In this document: piece after piece, positions 17,508-26,065 of the stretch | Position numbering within the stretch: position 1 is the first letter of the stretch | Layout of the letters: the number at the start of each line of letters is the position of its first letter | Position numbers and translations under genes: made by a program | The notes under the pieces: generated by a model | The model's input: the letters and a program-made list of their open reading frames with translations, nothing else | Database searches by the model: none | Told to the model about the DNA's origin: nothing | Assembly (NCBI RefSeq): GCF_000023965.1 | Contig: NC_013202.1 | Location: 900,001 to 932,000, forward strand | Source of the DNA: Halomicrobium mukohataei DSM 12286 | Lineage (GTDB): Archaea > Halobacteriota > Halobacteria > Halobacteriales > Haloarculaceae | Direction of reading: 5' to 3' | Length of the DNA: 32,000 nt

Positions 17508-17920
17508 GCAGCCAGTACAAGAACCGCGTGTCGGACATGGCGAGCGACTACATGAACATCCGGAGCCTTCCGGCGATGCTGTCGGTCGGCTTCATCCTCG
17601 CCAGTCTCTACCAGTTCGGCGGCATCTCCGACGTGACGCTCACCTGGCTCGCTGACTCTGGTGGCTACACCCTCACCAACCAGCACGCAATCATGGTATC
17701 GCTCGGAGCCTTCGCTGCGGCGTTCGCCTCCAGCGAGACCAAGCGCTTCGAACACTACGAGCGCTGGGAGCAGGTCGCGATCGCCGCCGGCCCGGGTGTG
17801 ATCCTCGGCCAGCAGTACGTCACCGAAGTGAACGACTTCCTCCTCAGTCTGGGCGACCCGCTCGGGATGCAGCTGGCGTTCGGTGCGACGATCCTCTCCT
17901 GGGGAGTCGCGGTCCAGTAG
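17504..17920 (+). CDS. Multi-pass membrane protein (pleolipovirus VP3-like internal membrane protein candidate)
   Basis: 138 aa with 3-4 hydrophobic helices (LPAMLSVGFILASLY; AIMVSLGAFAAAFA; VAIAAGPGVILG; LAFGATILSWGVAV). It sits immediately upstream of the spike-like ORF, as in pleolipovirus genomes. Confidence 0.6.
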   Translation: MSSQYKNRVSDMASDYMNIRSLPAMLSVGFILASLYQFGGISDVTLTWLADSGGYTLTNQHAIMVSLGAFAAAFASSETKRFEHYERWEQVAIAAGPGVILGQQYVTEVNDFLLSLGDPLGMQLAFGATILSWGVAVQ

Positions 17921-17924
17921 ATCC

Positions 17925-19769
17925 ATGATCGGACACAAGAACGCGCTCCGACTGCTCGTGGCGCTGCTCGTCGTCGGGTCCGTTATCCCGGCCCCGGCAG
18001 TTGCCCAGTCGGATAACGAGTATTCCCACCAGTTCACTGGTGGGCCGCAAGGGGTCGTAGTCGACCAGAGTAACATCTCTGGCGACTTCACGGTCACAGT
18101 CTCCTCGACCGAGGTGACTGGTCGGTCTGGCCAAAAGACGCTGCTCGCGCAGAAACGGCTAGGTCCCGGTACCGAGGAGAAGATCGTCTTCATGAACGAA
18201 GGTGCCTACGACAACATCACCGTCGAGGTGACGATCCACGACAGTGGTGAGCCTGAGTTCATGGCTGAGTCCGATGTTGGGATCGACGTTCCGTACATCA
18301 TCGGCCACACTGGTGGTGACGCTGATCTCCAGTGCAACAAAGACGAAAAGCTGTTCTCGATGACCAACCCGATGGTCGAGGTCGTGGACTGCACTCCGCC
18401 GGTGGATAATGGCGTTGACACCAGTCAGACTGATGCTGAACAGTTGAAGATCGATCTGTACCAGTCTGGTCAGAATGCAAAAGCCTCGAGCGACGTCTAC
18501 CAGACCACGCTCGACAACTACCTTCAGGACACCGAGACGCAGGCTCGGATCATCGGCAAGAACGCTTACGTCCGGGCGCTGAACAATGGCAGCAGCAAGG
18601 CTGCTGCCAAGACTGAGGCCAAAAACGCCGTCGCTGATTACTACTCCACTCACGAGCGGAACCTCATCGCCAAGTGGAATCTGCAGGTGTCTAACTACGA
18701 GTATAACCGCGGTGTCGCTGTGAACGAATCACTCGATCAAAACGAGGAAGCCGTCTACCAGCGAACCGCCCCGACGTACCTCAATGGTACGATGGGTGCC
18801 AACGGTGATTACGAGCAGTTCCCCTACTTCGCCAACGTTGGCAGTAATTCGCTGACGCTGTCGAATGGTACTACGGTCTCTGCGAGTACGATCGTCTTCG
18901 ATGAGGTGCAGCGAGACAGTACCGACGCCACCCACAACAACAAGGGAGAGGCTGGTACTCTGACGATGACTTCTGGTTACGTTGACTGGGAGGACTCCGT
19001 GGGCGATATCAACACTGTGTACGGTGTAACGTTCACTGGCCCCACGTCTGACTACGAAGATGTTGAGGCCATCGACTTGGCTGAGTACGAGGCCAAGTGG
19101 TCCGAAATCCAGTCCCAGAACACGCAGGTCCAGAACGACATGGACACTGTTGTCGAGAACACGTACGACGAGTACCAGTCGGGCGAGATCAACAACACCG
19201 ATCTCGTCGATCCGTACGTGCTGTCCAACGACTTCAGTGCTGGTAACGAATACCAGTCGTGGTCTGCTGCCCAGCTGACGCTGCTCGGCACCAACAGCCC
19301 CGAAGCCATGGACACGATGGGCGAGTTCAACGTCACGACCGCTGACGGCACCACGCACACTGGTGTGCTCATGTCCCAGTCGAACCCGGCGAGTGGCCAG
19401 TTCGAGGTCAACACGACCTACGACACGGCCAATATCACCGGCCCGCAATTCGTGGTCACCGCTGATCGACTCGTCGAACTCGACGGCGAGTTCACGGTCG
19501 ACTCGATCGAGACGACTGACGGCGAAAGCCGAGAGAACGTGACGATCGAGAAGACGACCTACGACACTGCGGACATCAACGTGACGCAGCTGGTCGAGTT
19601 GTACGAACAACTCAACAAGGAGCGCGCCGAGTGGGAAGCTCGCGAGCAGAACTTGCGTGGCGGCGCTGGCGGGTTCGCGTTCGGCAACAGTACGAGTCTC
19701 GGGATCATCGCCGCCCTCGCTGGCGGGATGCTACTCCTTCGAAACCGCGACGACGGAGGTCGGTACTGA
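17925..19769 (+). CDS. Spike/fusion-like envelope glycoprotein (pleolipovirus VP4-like candidate)
   Basis: Start placed at MIGHKNALRLLVALLVVGSVIPAPAVAQS (signal peptide). C-terminal TM anchor 'LGIIAALAGGMLLL' followed by 'RNRDDGGRY'. About 13 N-x-S/T sequons (NIS, NIT, NGS, NES, NGT x2, NNT, NVT x3, NTT, NIT, NST). 614 aa. Confidence 0.7.
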   Translation: MIGHKNALRLLVALLVVGSVIPAPAVAQSDNEYSHQFTGGPQGVVVDQSNISGDFTVTVSSTEVTGRSGQKTLLAQKRLGPGTEEKIVFMNEGAYDNITVEVTIHDSGEPEFMAESDVGIDVPYIIGHTGGDADLQCNKDEKLFSMTNPMVEVVDCTPPVDNGVDTSQTDAEQLKIDLYQSGQNAKASSDVYQTTLDNYLQDTETQARIIGKNAYVRALNNGSSKAAAKTEAKNAVADYYSTHERNLIAKWNLQVSNYEYNRGVAVNESLDQNEEAVYQRTAPTYLNGTMGANGDYEQFPYFANVGSNSLTLSNGTTVSASTIVFDEVQRDSTDATHNNKGEAGTLTMTSGYVDWEDSVGDINTVYGVTFTGPTSDYEDVEAIDLAEYEAKWSEIQSQNTQVQNDMDTVVENTYDEYQSGEINNTDLVDPYVLSNDFSAGNEYQSWSAAQLTLLGTNSPEAMDTMGEFNVTTADGTTHTGVLMSQSNPASGQFEVNTTYDTANITGPQFVVTADRLVELDGEFTVDSIETTDGESRENVTIEKTTYDTADINVTQLVELYEQLNKERAEWEAREQNLRGGAGGFAFGNSTSLGIIAALAGGMLLLRNRDDGGRY

Positions 19770-19957
19770 TGGTCTACTGGCTGGTGCTGAAAGCGATCCC
19801 GATGAAACCCGTCTCCGCGATCGCACTGCTCGGGTTCGGCCTCGAGGCGATGGGCGTCCCCGTGATCGGCCCAGCCGTAGATCTCGTTTCGCCACTCGTC
19901 GACGATGCGATCGGCTGGATAGAGTCACAACTAACTGCCTCGTGGCAGTTCTGGTAA
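19769..19957 (+). CDS. Small membrane protein (62 aa)
   Basis: MVYWLVLKAIPMKPVSAIALLGFGLEAMGVPVIG... The ATG overlaps the spike stop (TGATG at 19767-19771). Internal start within track ORF 19631..19957. Confidence 0.5.
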   Translation: MVYWLVLKAIPMKPVSAIALLGFGLEAMGVPVIGPAVDLVSPLVDDAIGWIESQLTASWQFW

Positions 19958-19983
19958 CACCATTCCCCTACCCGGTTTCAGAC

Positions 19984-20541
19984 ATGAATCACAACGTCGT
20001 TAGCATCGCGTTCGTCCTGCTCGTCTGTAGTACAGTCCTAGCTGGCGTCTCGATCGGTCAACAGACCGCCGGCAACACAGCAACTCCAGCGGATCCGTCA
20101 GGTCCTGATGGCGGTCCCTCGAACTACGAACTCGTGATCGACGAGAACGTCGGTGTCGTCGACTACAGCGTCGAGGACGGCGTGTTCGTCATCGAGTTCT
20201 ATTCGGACGAGTTCAAATCCGTCACCCTCTCCGCAGCTCCGGATACAAGCAGTCAGTCCGGCTCGATCTCGTTCCGGTCCGTCGTCGTCGAGGCCGATAC
20301 CAGGACGACCGTGCGTATTACTGCCTCGTCCGCCGTCTCGATGTGGACTGACGACAGTCTCGAACGAGAGCAAGCGTACTACATCCGCAAGCAGTCGGGC
20401 TTCATCGTCGACGGCCCGTGGACCGCTTCGGACGTTCGTGACGCCGCACTCGGCGGCGCTCTCGGCGTCGTGGTCGCCGTCCTGTACGAAGCAGTCGCCG
20501 CCAAGGTCGGTACGACCGAACGAGGTGAGCGCGTCGCATGA
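19984..20541 (+). CDS. Secreted/membrane-anchored provirus protein (185 aa)
   Basis: Internal ATG of track ORF 19657..20541: 'MNHNVVSIAFVLLVCSTVLAGVSIGQQ' is a signal peptide. A C-terminal hydrophobic segment is 'AALGGALGVVVAVLYEAVAA'. ATGA overlap with the next ORF. Confidence 0.6.
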   Translation: MNHNVVSIAFVLLVCSTVLAGVSIGQQTAGNTATPADPSGPDGGPSNYELVIDENVGVVDYSVEDGVFVIEFYSDEFKSVTLSAAPDTSSQSGSISFRSVVVEADTRTTVRITASSAVSMWTDDSLEREQAYYIRKQSGFIVDGPWTASDVRDAALGGALGVVVAVLYEAVAAKVGTTERGERVA

Positions 20542-21353
20542 GCGACCCTGAAGCCGGACAGGAACAGCCCGCCGAACTGGACCAGGAGCCGAGTCGATCC
20601 CGGTGGTTCCGTGCGTTCCGATGGCTGACCGAGAACCTGACGCTTCTGGCGTCGGGTGTCGGTCTCGGCCTGTTCATTCTCGCGTCGGTCATCGGCTACG
20701 AACTCCCGCGCAATCTCAAGATCATCGGCCTCACAGCTATCATCATCGTCCCGATCGTCGGGCGACCGACCGGCAAGAAGGTCCGGTCGCTGTTGTGGGA
20801 ACCGACGTACGTCTGGCTCGTCGACGTCGACGCTCGCTACACCAAGGGCGGCATCTTCCGCGTTCCTGGCCAGCGATTTAGCGAGTGGACGATCACCGAG
20901 GGCCAACTCGACTGGGTGAGTCCCGATCTCGCCTTTGGAAAGCAGGTCGATCTCGACGAGCAGACCGTCGAGGGCACCTGGCGCGGTACCATGTCCGACC
21001 GAGAGCTGATGAAAACGCTCCAGGCCGTCGAGGAGTGTCGCGGCCAACTCGAAGAGGACGCGAAGCGTGGCTTCGCCATCGAAGCCCAGGCGTTCACGAT
21101 CATCCGCAATGCCACCCGGAAGGCCGTGCTGCGGATCGTCTCGATGTTCGAACGTGGGACCCTTCCAGACGAAGGAGAGGGGTTGACCGACGAGATCGAC
21201 AACGCGATCGAGCAGTTCGGTCTCGAGCGGAAGATTCGCGAGACTGAAGAGGACTCGCAGGAGTCCGAAACCCCTGGCGTTCGTATCGACTTCGACCAAG
21301 ACCTTGCTGATCTCGCCGGAGCTGGGAACGGAGGTGCGCCCGCCGATGACTGA
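20538..21353 (+). CDS. Provirus membrane protein (271 aa, two N-terminal TM helices)
   Basis: TM helices 'NLTLLASGVGLGLFILASVIGY' and 'IIGLTAIIIVPIVG', followed by a soluble acidic domain. Coupled on both sides. This position corresponds to the conserved ORF upstream of the NTPase in pleolipoviruses. Confidence 0.6.
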   Translation: MSDPEAGQEQPAELDQEPSRSRWFRAFRWLTENLTLLASGVGLGLFILASVIGYELPRNLKIIGLTAIIIVPIVGRPTGKKVRSLLWEPTYVWLVDVDARYTKGGIFRVPGQRFSEWTITEGQLDWVSPDLAFGKQVDLDEQTVEGTWRGTMSDRELMKTLQAVEECRGQLEEDAKRGFAIEAQAFTIIRNATRKAVLRIVSMFERGTLPDEGEGLTDEIDNAIEQFGLERKIRETEEDSQESETPGVRIDFDQDLADLAGAGNGGAPADD

Positions 21354-22251
21354 TGGCGTCGACGAACACTTGCTCACTGCGGCGAAGCTCTACGAGCAGG
21401 TCCGTGGCGATCTCGACGGCGACGATCGTCTCCTTCCGCATACCGGGATCGTCGACGATACCCAGGACCGAGCGGCGCTGTCGTTCCTCGAGACTGCGTT
21501 CCGAGAAGCCGACGAACTTCCCACTTCGTCAAGGACGTTCGAAGGTACGTCGCTCGGCCAAGTGCTTGCCTCGAAGCAAATCACCGGGACTGCAACCGAA
21601 GCCGTCGCCCAGGGCAACGGCTCGATCATGTCCCACATCGTCGGCGTCACCGAACAGGATCTCGATGCCTCCGCGCTACGGCTCCCTATGATGCTGCTCG
21701 AGGAAATAGAGAACAACGGCGCTCCGGCGTTCATCACTGCTGCCGGGAACCCGAACACCGGCAAAACGAACACGGCGATCCTGCTAATTCAGCTGCGTGC
21801 GCTCGATCGCGACGATCTCCTCGTACTGTCGAATGTTCGCACCTGGAATGAGACAGATATCGTCGTCACGTCGGCCCACGATCTCGCCGTGCAACTCCTC
21901 GAGCATCGCGACCGACCGAAAGCAATCCTGATCGACGAAGGATCGACCCACTTCGATGCTCGGACGAACCGGCGAGAAGTGGCCGAGCAGTACACTCCGC
22001 TGGCGAAGCGGTACGCAAAGCTCAACGTCGACCTAGAGGCTGTCGTCGTCCATACCGGTAAGGACCTTCATCCAGAGCGTAAGCGACTCTCCACGCTGGC
22101 AATATACAAGACTTCGAAGAAATCTGCTAATTTCTTCGAACACTGGCCTGCTGATGCCGACACACCCACAGATCAGTTGTTTGGTGGGAGTCTAGAGGAA
22201 ATCGAAAAAGCCACCGGCTACGATCCCGATGACGCGGCTCCTTGGACCTAG
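21346..22251 (+). CDS. P-loop NTPase (pleolipovirus VP8-like candidate)
   Basis: Walker A 'AAGNPNTGKTN' and Walker B 'AILIDEGS'. Start placed at MTDGVDEHLL (ATG at 21346), overlapping the previous ORF by 8 nt. Confidence 0.7.
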   Translation: MTDGVDEHLLTAAKLYEQVRGDLDGDDRLLPHTGIVDDTQDRAALSFLETAFREADELPTSSRTFEGTSLGQVLASKQITGTATEAVAQGNGSIMSHIVGVTEQDLDASALRLPMMLLEEIENNGAPAFITAAGNPNTGKTNTAILLIQLRALDRDDLLVLSNVRTWNETDIVVTSAHDLAVQLLEHRDRPKAILIDEGSTHFDARTNRREVAEQYTPLAKRYAKLNVDLEAVVVHTGKDLHPERKRLSTLAIYKTSKKSANFFEHWPADADTPTDQLFGGSLEEIEKATGYDPDDAAPWT

Positions 22252-22400
22252 AATCTTCAAGCTGGGCTTTTCGAAAAGGATATCGATTGGTCTGAATTAC
22301 TCAGTAAGTTAAAAGAAGGCGGGCCTGAATATAGGAATGAGTAAAATACCAACCTGCTTTAGCGGTGATAGATATAAATATGAATCTTGTTAAACATTAG

Positions 22401-23246
22401 ATGGGGATGAAGAATCAACTATCCGAATGGTATGATCCATCAGCAAATCCAGTTTACCAGACTATTACTAAAATCCGGTTTCCTCGGCAACAGGGACACG
22501 CTACTGGGTTTTTTTATAATAGTGATGATAAAACATATCTAGTGACTAACAGACACGTGGTTTCACCTGACGATGATGAGGTACAAGATCCAGATTCTAT
22601 TCGAATATTTACACGTCCTGTTGACTCCTTAGGAGATCGAGAATATCACGATATCTCACTAAATGAAGGGGAAGGAAAGAGTTGGTTCACGCATCCAATT
22701 CACGATGCAGACATAGCTGTACTGCCTCTAGATTTTGAATTAGATTGTGTCAATCATAGGATTGGAATTGATGAAGAGCGTCCCGTTGAAACCGGAAGTC
22801 TGGCCTACAACGAGGATTCGATTCTTTCAGAAAAAGATAGGGTTCTCCCAGGTAATAGAGCACAAGTAGTCGGTTATCCAGGAGACTATGTAGATCAACA
22901 ATATGGGTTCCCTGTGACAAGAAACGCCGTCGTTTCTACTCAATACGGTTTTCCGTTCGATGGGAATCCTATTTTTTTAACTGATGCCCGGATGCATCCT
23001 GGAACAAGTGGAAGCCCTGTGGTGGCTGGCCCGGAAACTCTCATTATACATGGTGGTCTTGATCTTTGGGGACCAGCGTATAAATTGCTCGGAGTGCATT
23101 CTGCTACCTTACAACAATCTACAGTCGATAAAGATGATGAGAGGATGTTAGAATTAAATACCACCTGGTATGCAGAACTGATAGAAGAGATTCTATTCTT
23201 AAAAGATACAGATATTGAAGAACTAGATGATCAAGAAAATAATTGA
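22401..23246 (+). CDS. Cytoplasmic trypsin/chymotrypsin-fold serine protease (S1-like, Trypsin_2-type)
   Basis: Catalytic triad in canonical order and context: 'YLVTNRHVV' (His52), 'HDADIAVLPL' (Asp104), 'HPGTSGSPVV' (Ser203). No signal peptide and no PDZ domain. AT-rich codon usage. A TATA-like 'gatagatataaatatg' ends ~20 nt before the ATG, suggesting a leaderless mRNA. Confidence 0.8.
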   Translation: MGMKNQLSEWYDPSANPVYQTITKIRFPRQQGHATGFFYNSDDKTYLVTNRHVVSPDDDEVQDPDSIRIFTRPVDSLGDREYHDISLNEGEGKSWFTHPIHDADIAVLPLDFELDCVNHRIGIDEERPVETGSLAYNEDSILSEKDRVLPGNRAQVVGYPGDYVDQQYGFPVTRNAVVSTQYGFPFDGNPIFLTDARMHPGTSGSPVVAGPETLIIHGGLDLWGPAYKLLGVHSATLQQSTVDKDDERMLELNTTWYAELIEEILFLKDTDIEELDDQENN

Positions 23247-23259
23247 ATATTATCCCCGC

Positions 23260-23265
23260 TTTTTT
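23260..23265 (+). terminator. Oligo-T tract (T6) downstream of the protease gene
   Basis: 'ccccgcTTTTTTgtgg' lies 14 nt after the stop. Archaeal terminators are typically oligo-T runs. Confidence 0.4.
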
Positions 23266-23341
23266 GTGGCCCAGATTAGTTTCACTTTCACTCCGGCGTT
23301 GGCCCTCACTTTTACCACTCCATATCCTTGGTCCATATCCG

Positions 23342-23506
23342 ATGTCCCTGAATGAATGGCTATGTTGCCCCGCTGGGTGTGATGCGACGATCGAGGCGGT
23401 TACGCTCCCCGGCAGTCGGATCGGACTCCAGTGTGTGGCGTGCGGACGCAAAATCGAAGAACCAGTGGAACAGGTCGAAGAGAATTATCGGACGATAGAG
23501 GTCTAA
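23342..23506 (+). CDS. Small zinc-ribbon protein (54 aa)
   Basis: Internal ATG of track ORF 23243..23506: MSLNEWLCCPAGCDATIEAVTLPGSRIGLQCVACGRKIEEPVEQVEENYRTIEV (CxxxC...CxxC). The stop overlaps the stop of the convergent nuclease-like gene. Confidence 0.45.
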   Translation: MSLNEWLCCPAGCDATIEAVTLPGSRIGLQCVACGRKIEEPVEQVEENYRTIEV

Positions 23507-24525
23507 TCCTCGCCGTGCTCCTCGAGCGTGGTGAACTCCAACTCGTCAGGTGAGTACTGATACTGTTTCAGGTCTTCGTCGTCACAGTGATCAGAAAGAT
23601 TGGCCGGTGCAACTTCCTCTCCGGTCGGACCTTCGTAGACGACGCTCACTTCGTCGCCGTCGATCCCGACAACCACCGCGGGGTTCGGGTCGTCGTGTGA
23701 CGACTTGACGACGTAATCACCGACAGTGTACGGATTCTCTGCGAAATTCAGGTTCTCGTGCTTGTACGTGTAGAGGCTAACGTCCTGGTCGTCGCAGTAC
23801 GAGGACAACAGTGCTGGCTCGATGTCTCGCCAATCGCCCGGTCCCTCGTCGAGCGAGCTGGGGAAGGCTACCCGGACAGCTTCGCCGTCCATTTTCTGCC
23901 CGAATAGTTCGATCTGTGTCTCCGGCGGTAGCACCTCGACGACGACCCCGACCGATGCATCTTCGTCCTCCCGCTTCTCGACACGATCGCCCGGCTGAAA
24001 CGGATTCTCCGGTTTCTGGTTCATGTTCGCCGTGTTCGGCCCCAGGTCCTGGAGGTCGTTCATCGGCCGAGCAGCGAGGTGGTCGAGCTTCGCTGGCGTG
24101 TCGCCCGAGAACTGTTCCTCAGTCTCGACTTTCGACTCGAGCGTGGCGACGTGCTCCCAGCCGAGCAGAATCAGGCTATCCTCGTTGTCCCGGTGCCAGA
24201 CCATGACGATGATGTCGTCAGCTGAATCCATCTCGATCAGATTCTTCGGGAGAAACGCCGACACGTCGCGAGAGGTCTTCACGTCGACTTCGTAGTCGAA
24301 TACCTCGAAATCGTGTCCTGCGAAACTCTCCGCGTTACATCGTCTGATCGCATCCTCGTTCTGCCACTCCCACATCTCTGCTGGCAGGTACTCGCGACAA
24401 AACTGCTCGAACGCGATCTCCCCGAGGTTCCCGATCCGCTTCGCATCGATATTGTCTGCATCCTGAATGACAGCCTGGTGATTGGCTCGACTGCTATCGA
24501 TTTCGTCCGGAGTAAACTGATACAC
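23503..24525 (-). CDS. PD-(D/E)xK-like nuclease N-domain fused to two tandem copies of a ~70-90 aa C-terminal domain
   Basis: N-terminus: 'GNLGEIAFEQF', 'AGHDFEVFDYEVDVKTS' (D...E-x-D-x-K) and 'IIVMVW' fit a restriction-endonuclease-like core. C-terminus: residues 174-263 and 264-332 align (NPFQPGDRVEK...VVV...SSYCDDQDVSLYTYKHENLNF versus NPYTVGDYVVK...VVV...SDHCDDEDLKQYQYSPDELEF). Confidence 0.6.
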   Translation of the reverse strand: MYQFTPDEIDSSRANHQAVIQDADNIDAKRIGNLGEIAFEQFCREYLPAEMWEWQNEDAIRRCNAESFAGHDFEVFDYEVDVKTSRDVSAFLPKNLIEMDSADDIIVMVWHRDNEDSLILLGWEHVATLESKVETEEQFSGDTPAKLDHLAARPMNDLQDLGPNTANMNQKPENPFQPGDRVEKREDEDASVGVVVEVLPPETQIELFGQKMDGEAVRVAFPSSLDEGPGDWRDIEPALLSSYCDDQDVSLYTYKHENLNFAENPYTVGDYVVKSSHDDPNPAVVVGIDGDEVSVVYEGPTGEEVAPANLSDHCDDEDLKQYQYSPDELEFTTLEEHGED

Positions 24526-24641
24526 ACTGATACCATTTTATTTAACCACTATGAGTTTTCGTGTACCAGAAAGCACTCAGGAATTTCAACGACTCAACCC
24601 ACCCACCGACCCACCCCCAAGTGGGTACTGGAAAATACCGT

Positions 24642-24857
24642 TTATTCCTCGTCGACGGCTTGCCGAACGGCCTCGACGACGAACTCCCGCCGTTCCTCGT
24701 CAGTCATCTCTTCGTCCAGCTCGTCGATCTCCTCCAGGACTTCGAGCTTCATCTTGATCGCGTCCCTGACCCAGCCAGATCGAGAATCACCGTAGGAGAG
24801 TGTACTATCGAGTTCGTCGAGTAGCTCCTGCTCCATATTGAAACTCGGCTGTACCAT
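24642..24857 (-). CDS. Ribbon-helix-helix (CopG/Arc-like) DNA-binding protein
   Basis: Start placed at MVQPSFNMEQELLDELDSTL...SRSGWVRDAIKMKLEV. This gives a beta-strand plus two helices in the RHH pattern, with an acidic tail. Divergent from the integrase gene. Confidence 0.7.
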   Translation of the reverse strand: MVQPSFNMEQELLDELDSTLSYGDSRSGWVRDAIKMKLEVLEEIDELDEEMTDEERREFVVEAVRQAVDEE

Positions 24858-24858
24858 C

Positions 24859-24958
24859 TTGCTAACGTAGTGGATAGCCAATTGCTTAATTCCTGACTTG
24901 CCCAGTTGCTAACTTGCTTAGTTGCCAAAAGCTTATTACCAAGTAGCTAAATTAGCAA
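24859..24958. promoter_or_regulatory. Array of TTGCTAA/TTGCTTA heptamers between the RHH gene and the integrase gene (putative operator or arm-type sites)
   Basis: Read directly: ttgctaa 24859, ttgctta 24882, ttgctaa 24906, ttgctta 24914, ttgccaa 24922, tagctaa 24944, and inverted ttagcaa 24952. 'agttgctaa' (24904-24912) and 'ttagcaact' (24952-24960) form an inverted pair. Confidence 0.5.
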
Positions 24959-24963
24959 CTCAT

Positions 24964-26019
24964 ATGCCCGACCCGGATCTCGAACCCATCTCGCCGGTCG
25001 AAGCCGTTGAGATGTACCACGATGCGATGGTCGACGAACTGGCGGAGTCGACCAGGAAGAGCAACAAACACCGGCTTCGTGCCTTCATCCAGTTCTGCGA
25101 CGAAGAGGAGATCGAGAACCTGAACGATCTCACCGGGCGCGATCTCTACAAATATCGGATCTGGCGGCGAGAGGGCAACGGCGACGGTCGAGAGCCTATC
25201 AAGAAGGTCACCCTGAAAGGACAACTCGCCACGCTTCGGAGTTTCCTCAAGTTCGCTGGCGAGATTGATTCCGTGAAGCCAGATCTCTACGAACAGTTGT
25301 CGCTCCCGGCGATGAAAGGCGGTGAAGACGTATCGGAATCGACCCTCGACCCCGAACGAGCGCTCGATATTCTGGAGTATCTCGAGAAGTCCCAGCCCGG
25401 AAGCCGCGACCACATCATCATCGCCCTGCTCTGGGAAACGGGTGGCCGAACGGGCGCAATCCGTGGCCTCGACCTACAGGATCTCGATCTCGATGGCGAC
25501 CATCCCCGATTCTCCGGCCCGGCAGTTCACTTCGTCCACCGACCGGAAACCGGTACTCCACTCAAGAACCAGAAAAGCGGCACTCGCTGGAACCGGATCA
25601 GTGAGAAGACGGCTGCGTTCATCGAGGACTACATCGAGTTCCACCGTCCCGACGTGACGGACGATCACGGCCGGGACCCTCTGCTGACCAGCGAGTACGG
25701 TCGTGTCGCCGGGAACACCTACCGGAGAACACTCTATCGGGTCACTCGCCCGTGCTGGCGCGGCGAGGAATGTCCCCACGATCGAGATCTCGACGAGTGC
25801 GAGGCAACGCATCTCGATCACGCGAGCAAGTGTCCGTCAGCTCGGTCACCCCACGACGTTCGGAGTGGCCGGGTCACCTACTACCGTCGAGAAGACGTCC
25901 CCCGGAAGATCGTCCAGGAGCGACTGAACGCGAGCGAGGACATTCTCGACCGACACTACGACCGTCGATCGAACCGCGAACAGGCCGAACAGCGCAGCGA
26001 CTTCCTCCCGGACGTGTGA
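24964..26019 (+). CDS. int: Tyrosine recombinase / phage-type integrase
   Basis: N-terminal SAM-like core-binding domain. Catalytic residues sit in typical contexts: 'GGRTGAIRGLDL' (Arg), 'SPHDVRSGRVTY' (HxxR), 'ILDRHYDRR' (Tyr). Start placed at ATG 24964 (MPDPDLEPISPVEAV); the track's 24922 is a TTG. The gene ends 46 nt before attR. Confidence 0.85.
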   Translation: MPDPDLEPISPVEAVEMYHDAMVDELAESTRKSNKHRLRAFIQFCDEEEIENLNDLTGRDLYKYRIWRREGNGDGREPIKKVTLKGQLATLRSFLKFAGEIDSVKPDLYEQLSLPAMKGGEDVSESTLDPERALDILEYLEKSQPGSRDHIIIALLWETGGRTGAIRGLDLQDLDLDGDHPRFSGPAVHFVHRPETGTPLKNQKSGTRWNRISEKTAAFIEDYIEFHRPDVTDDHGRDPLLTSEYGRVAGNTYRRTLYRVTRPCWRGEECPHDRDLDECEATHLDHASKCPSARSPHDVRSGRVTYYRREDVPRKIVQERLNASEDILDRHYDRRSNREQAEQRSDFLPDV

Positions 26020-26065
26020 TACCCATGTTACTACAATCCACATCGCGAACTGTCGGAAAGCAGGT

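Noticed and set aside
17141-21377. Long minus-strand ORFs (17141..18193, 18729..19610, 20379..21377) across the provirus structural module
   Set aside because: They are antisense to a coherent, translationally coupled plus-strand gene chain. They have Arg/Val/Asp-rich shadow composition.
24922-24963. TTG start for the integrase as given in the ORF track
   Set aside because: It would translate through the heptamer operator array. The ATG at 24964 gives an N-terminus (MPDPDLEPISPVEAVEMY) that leads directly into the core-binding domain.
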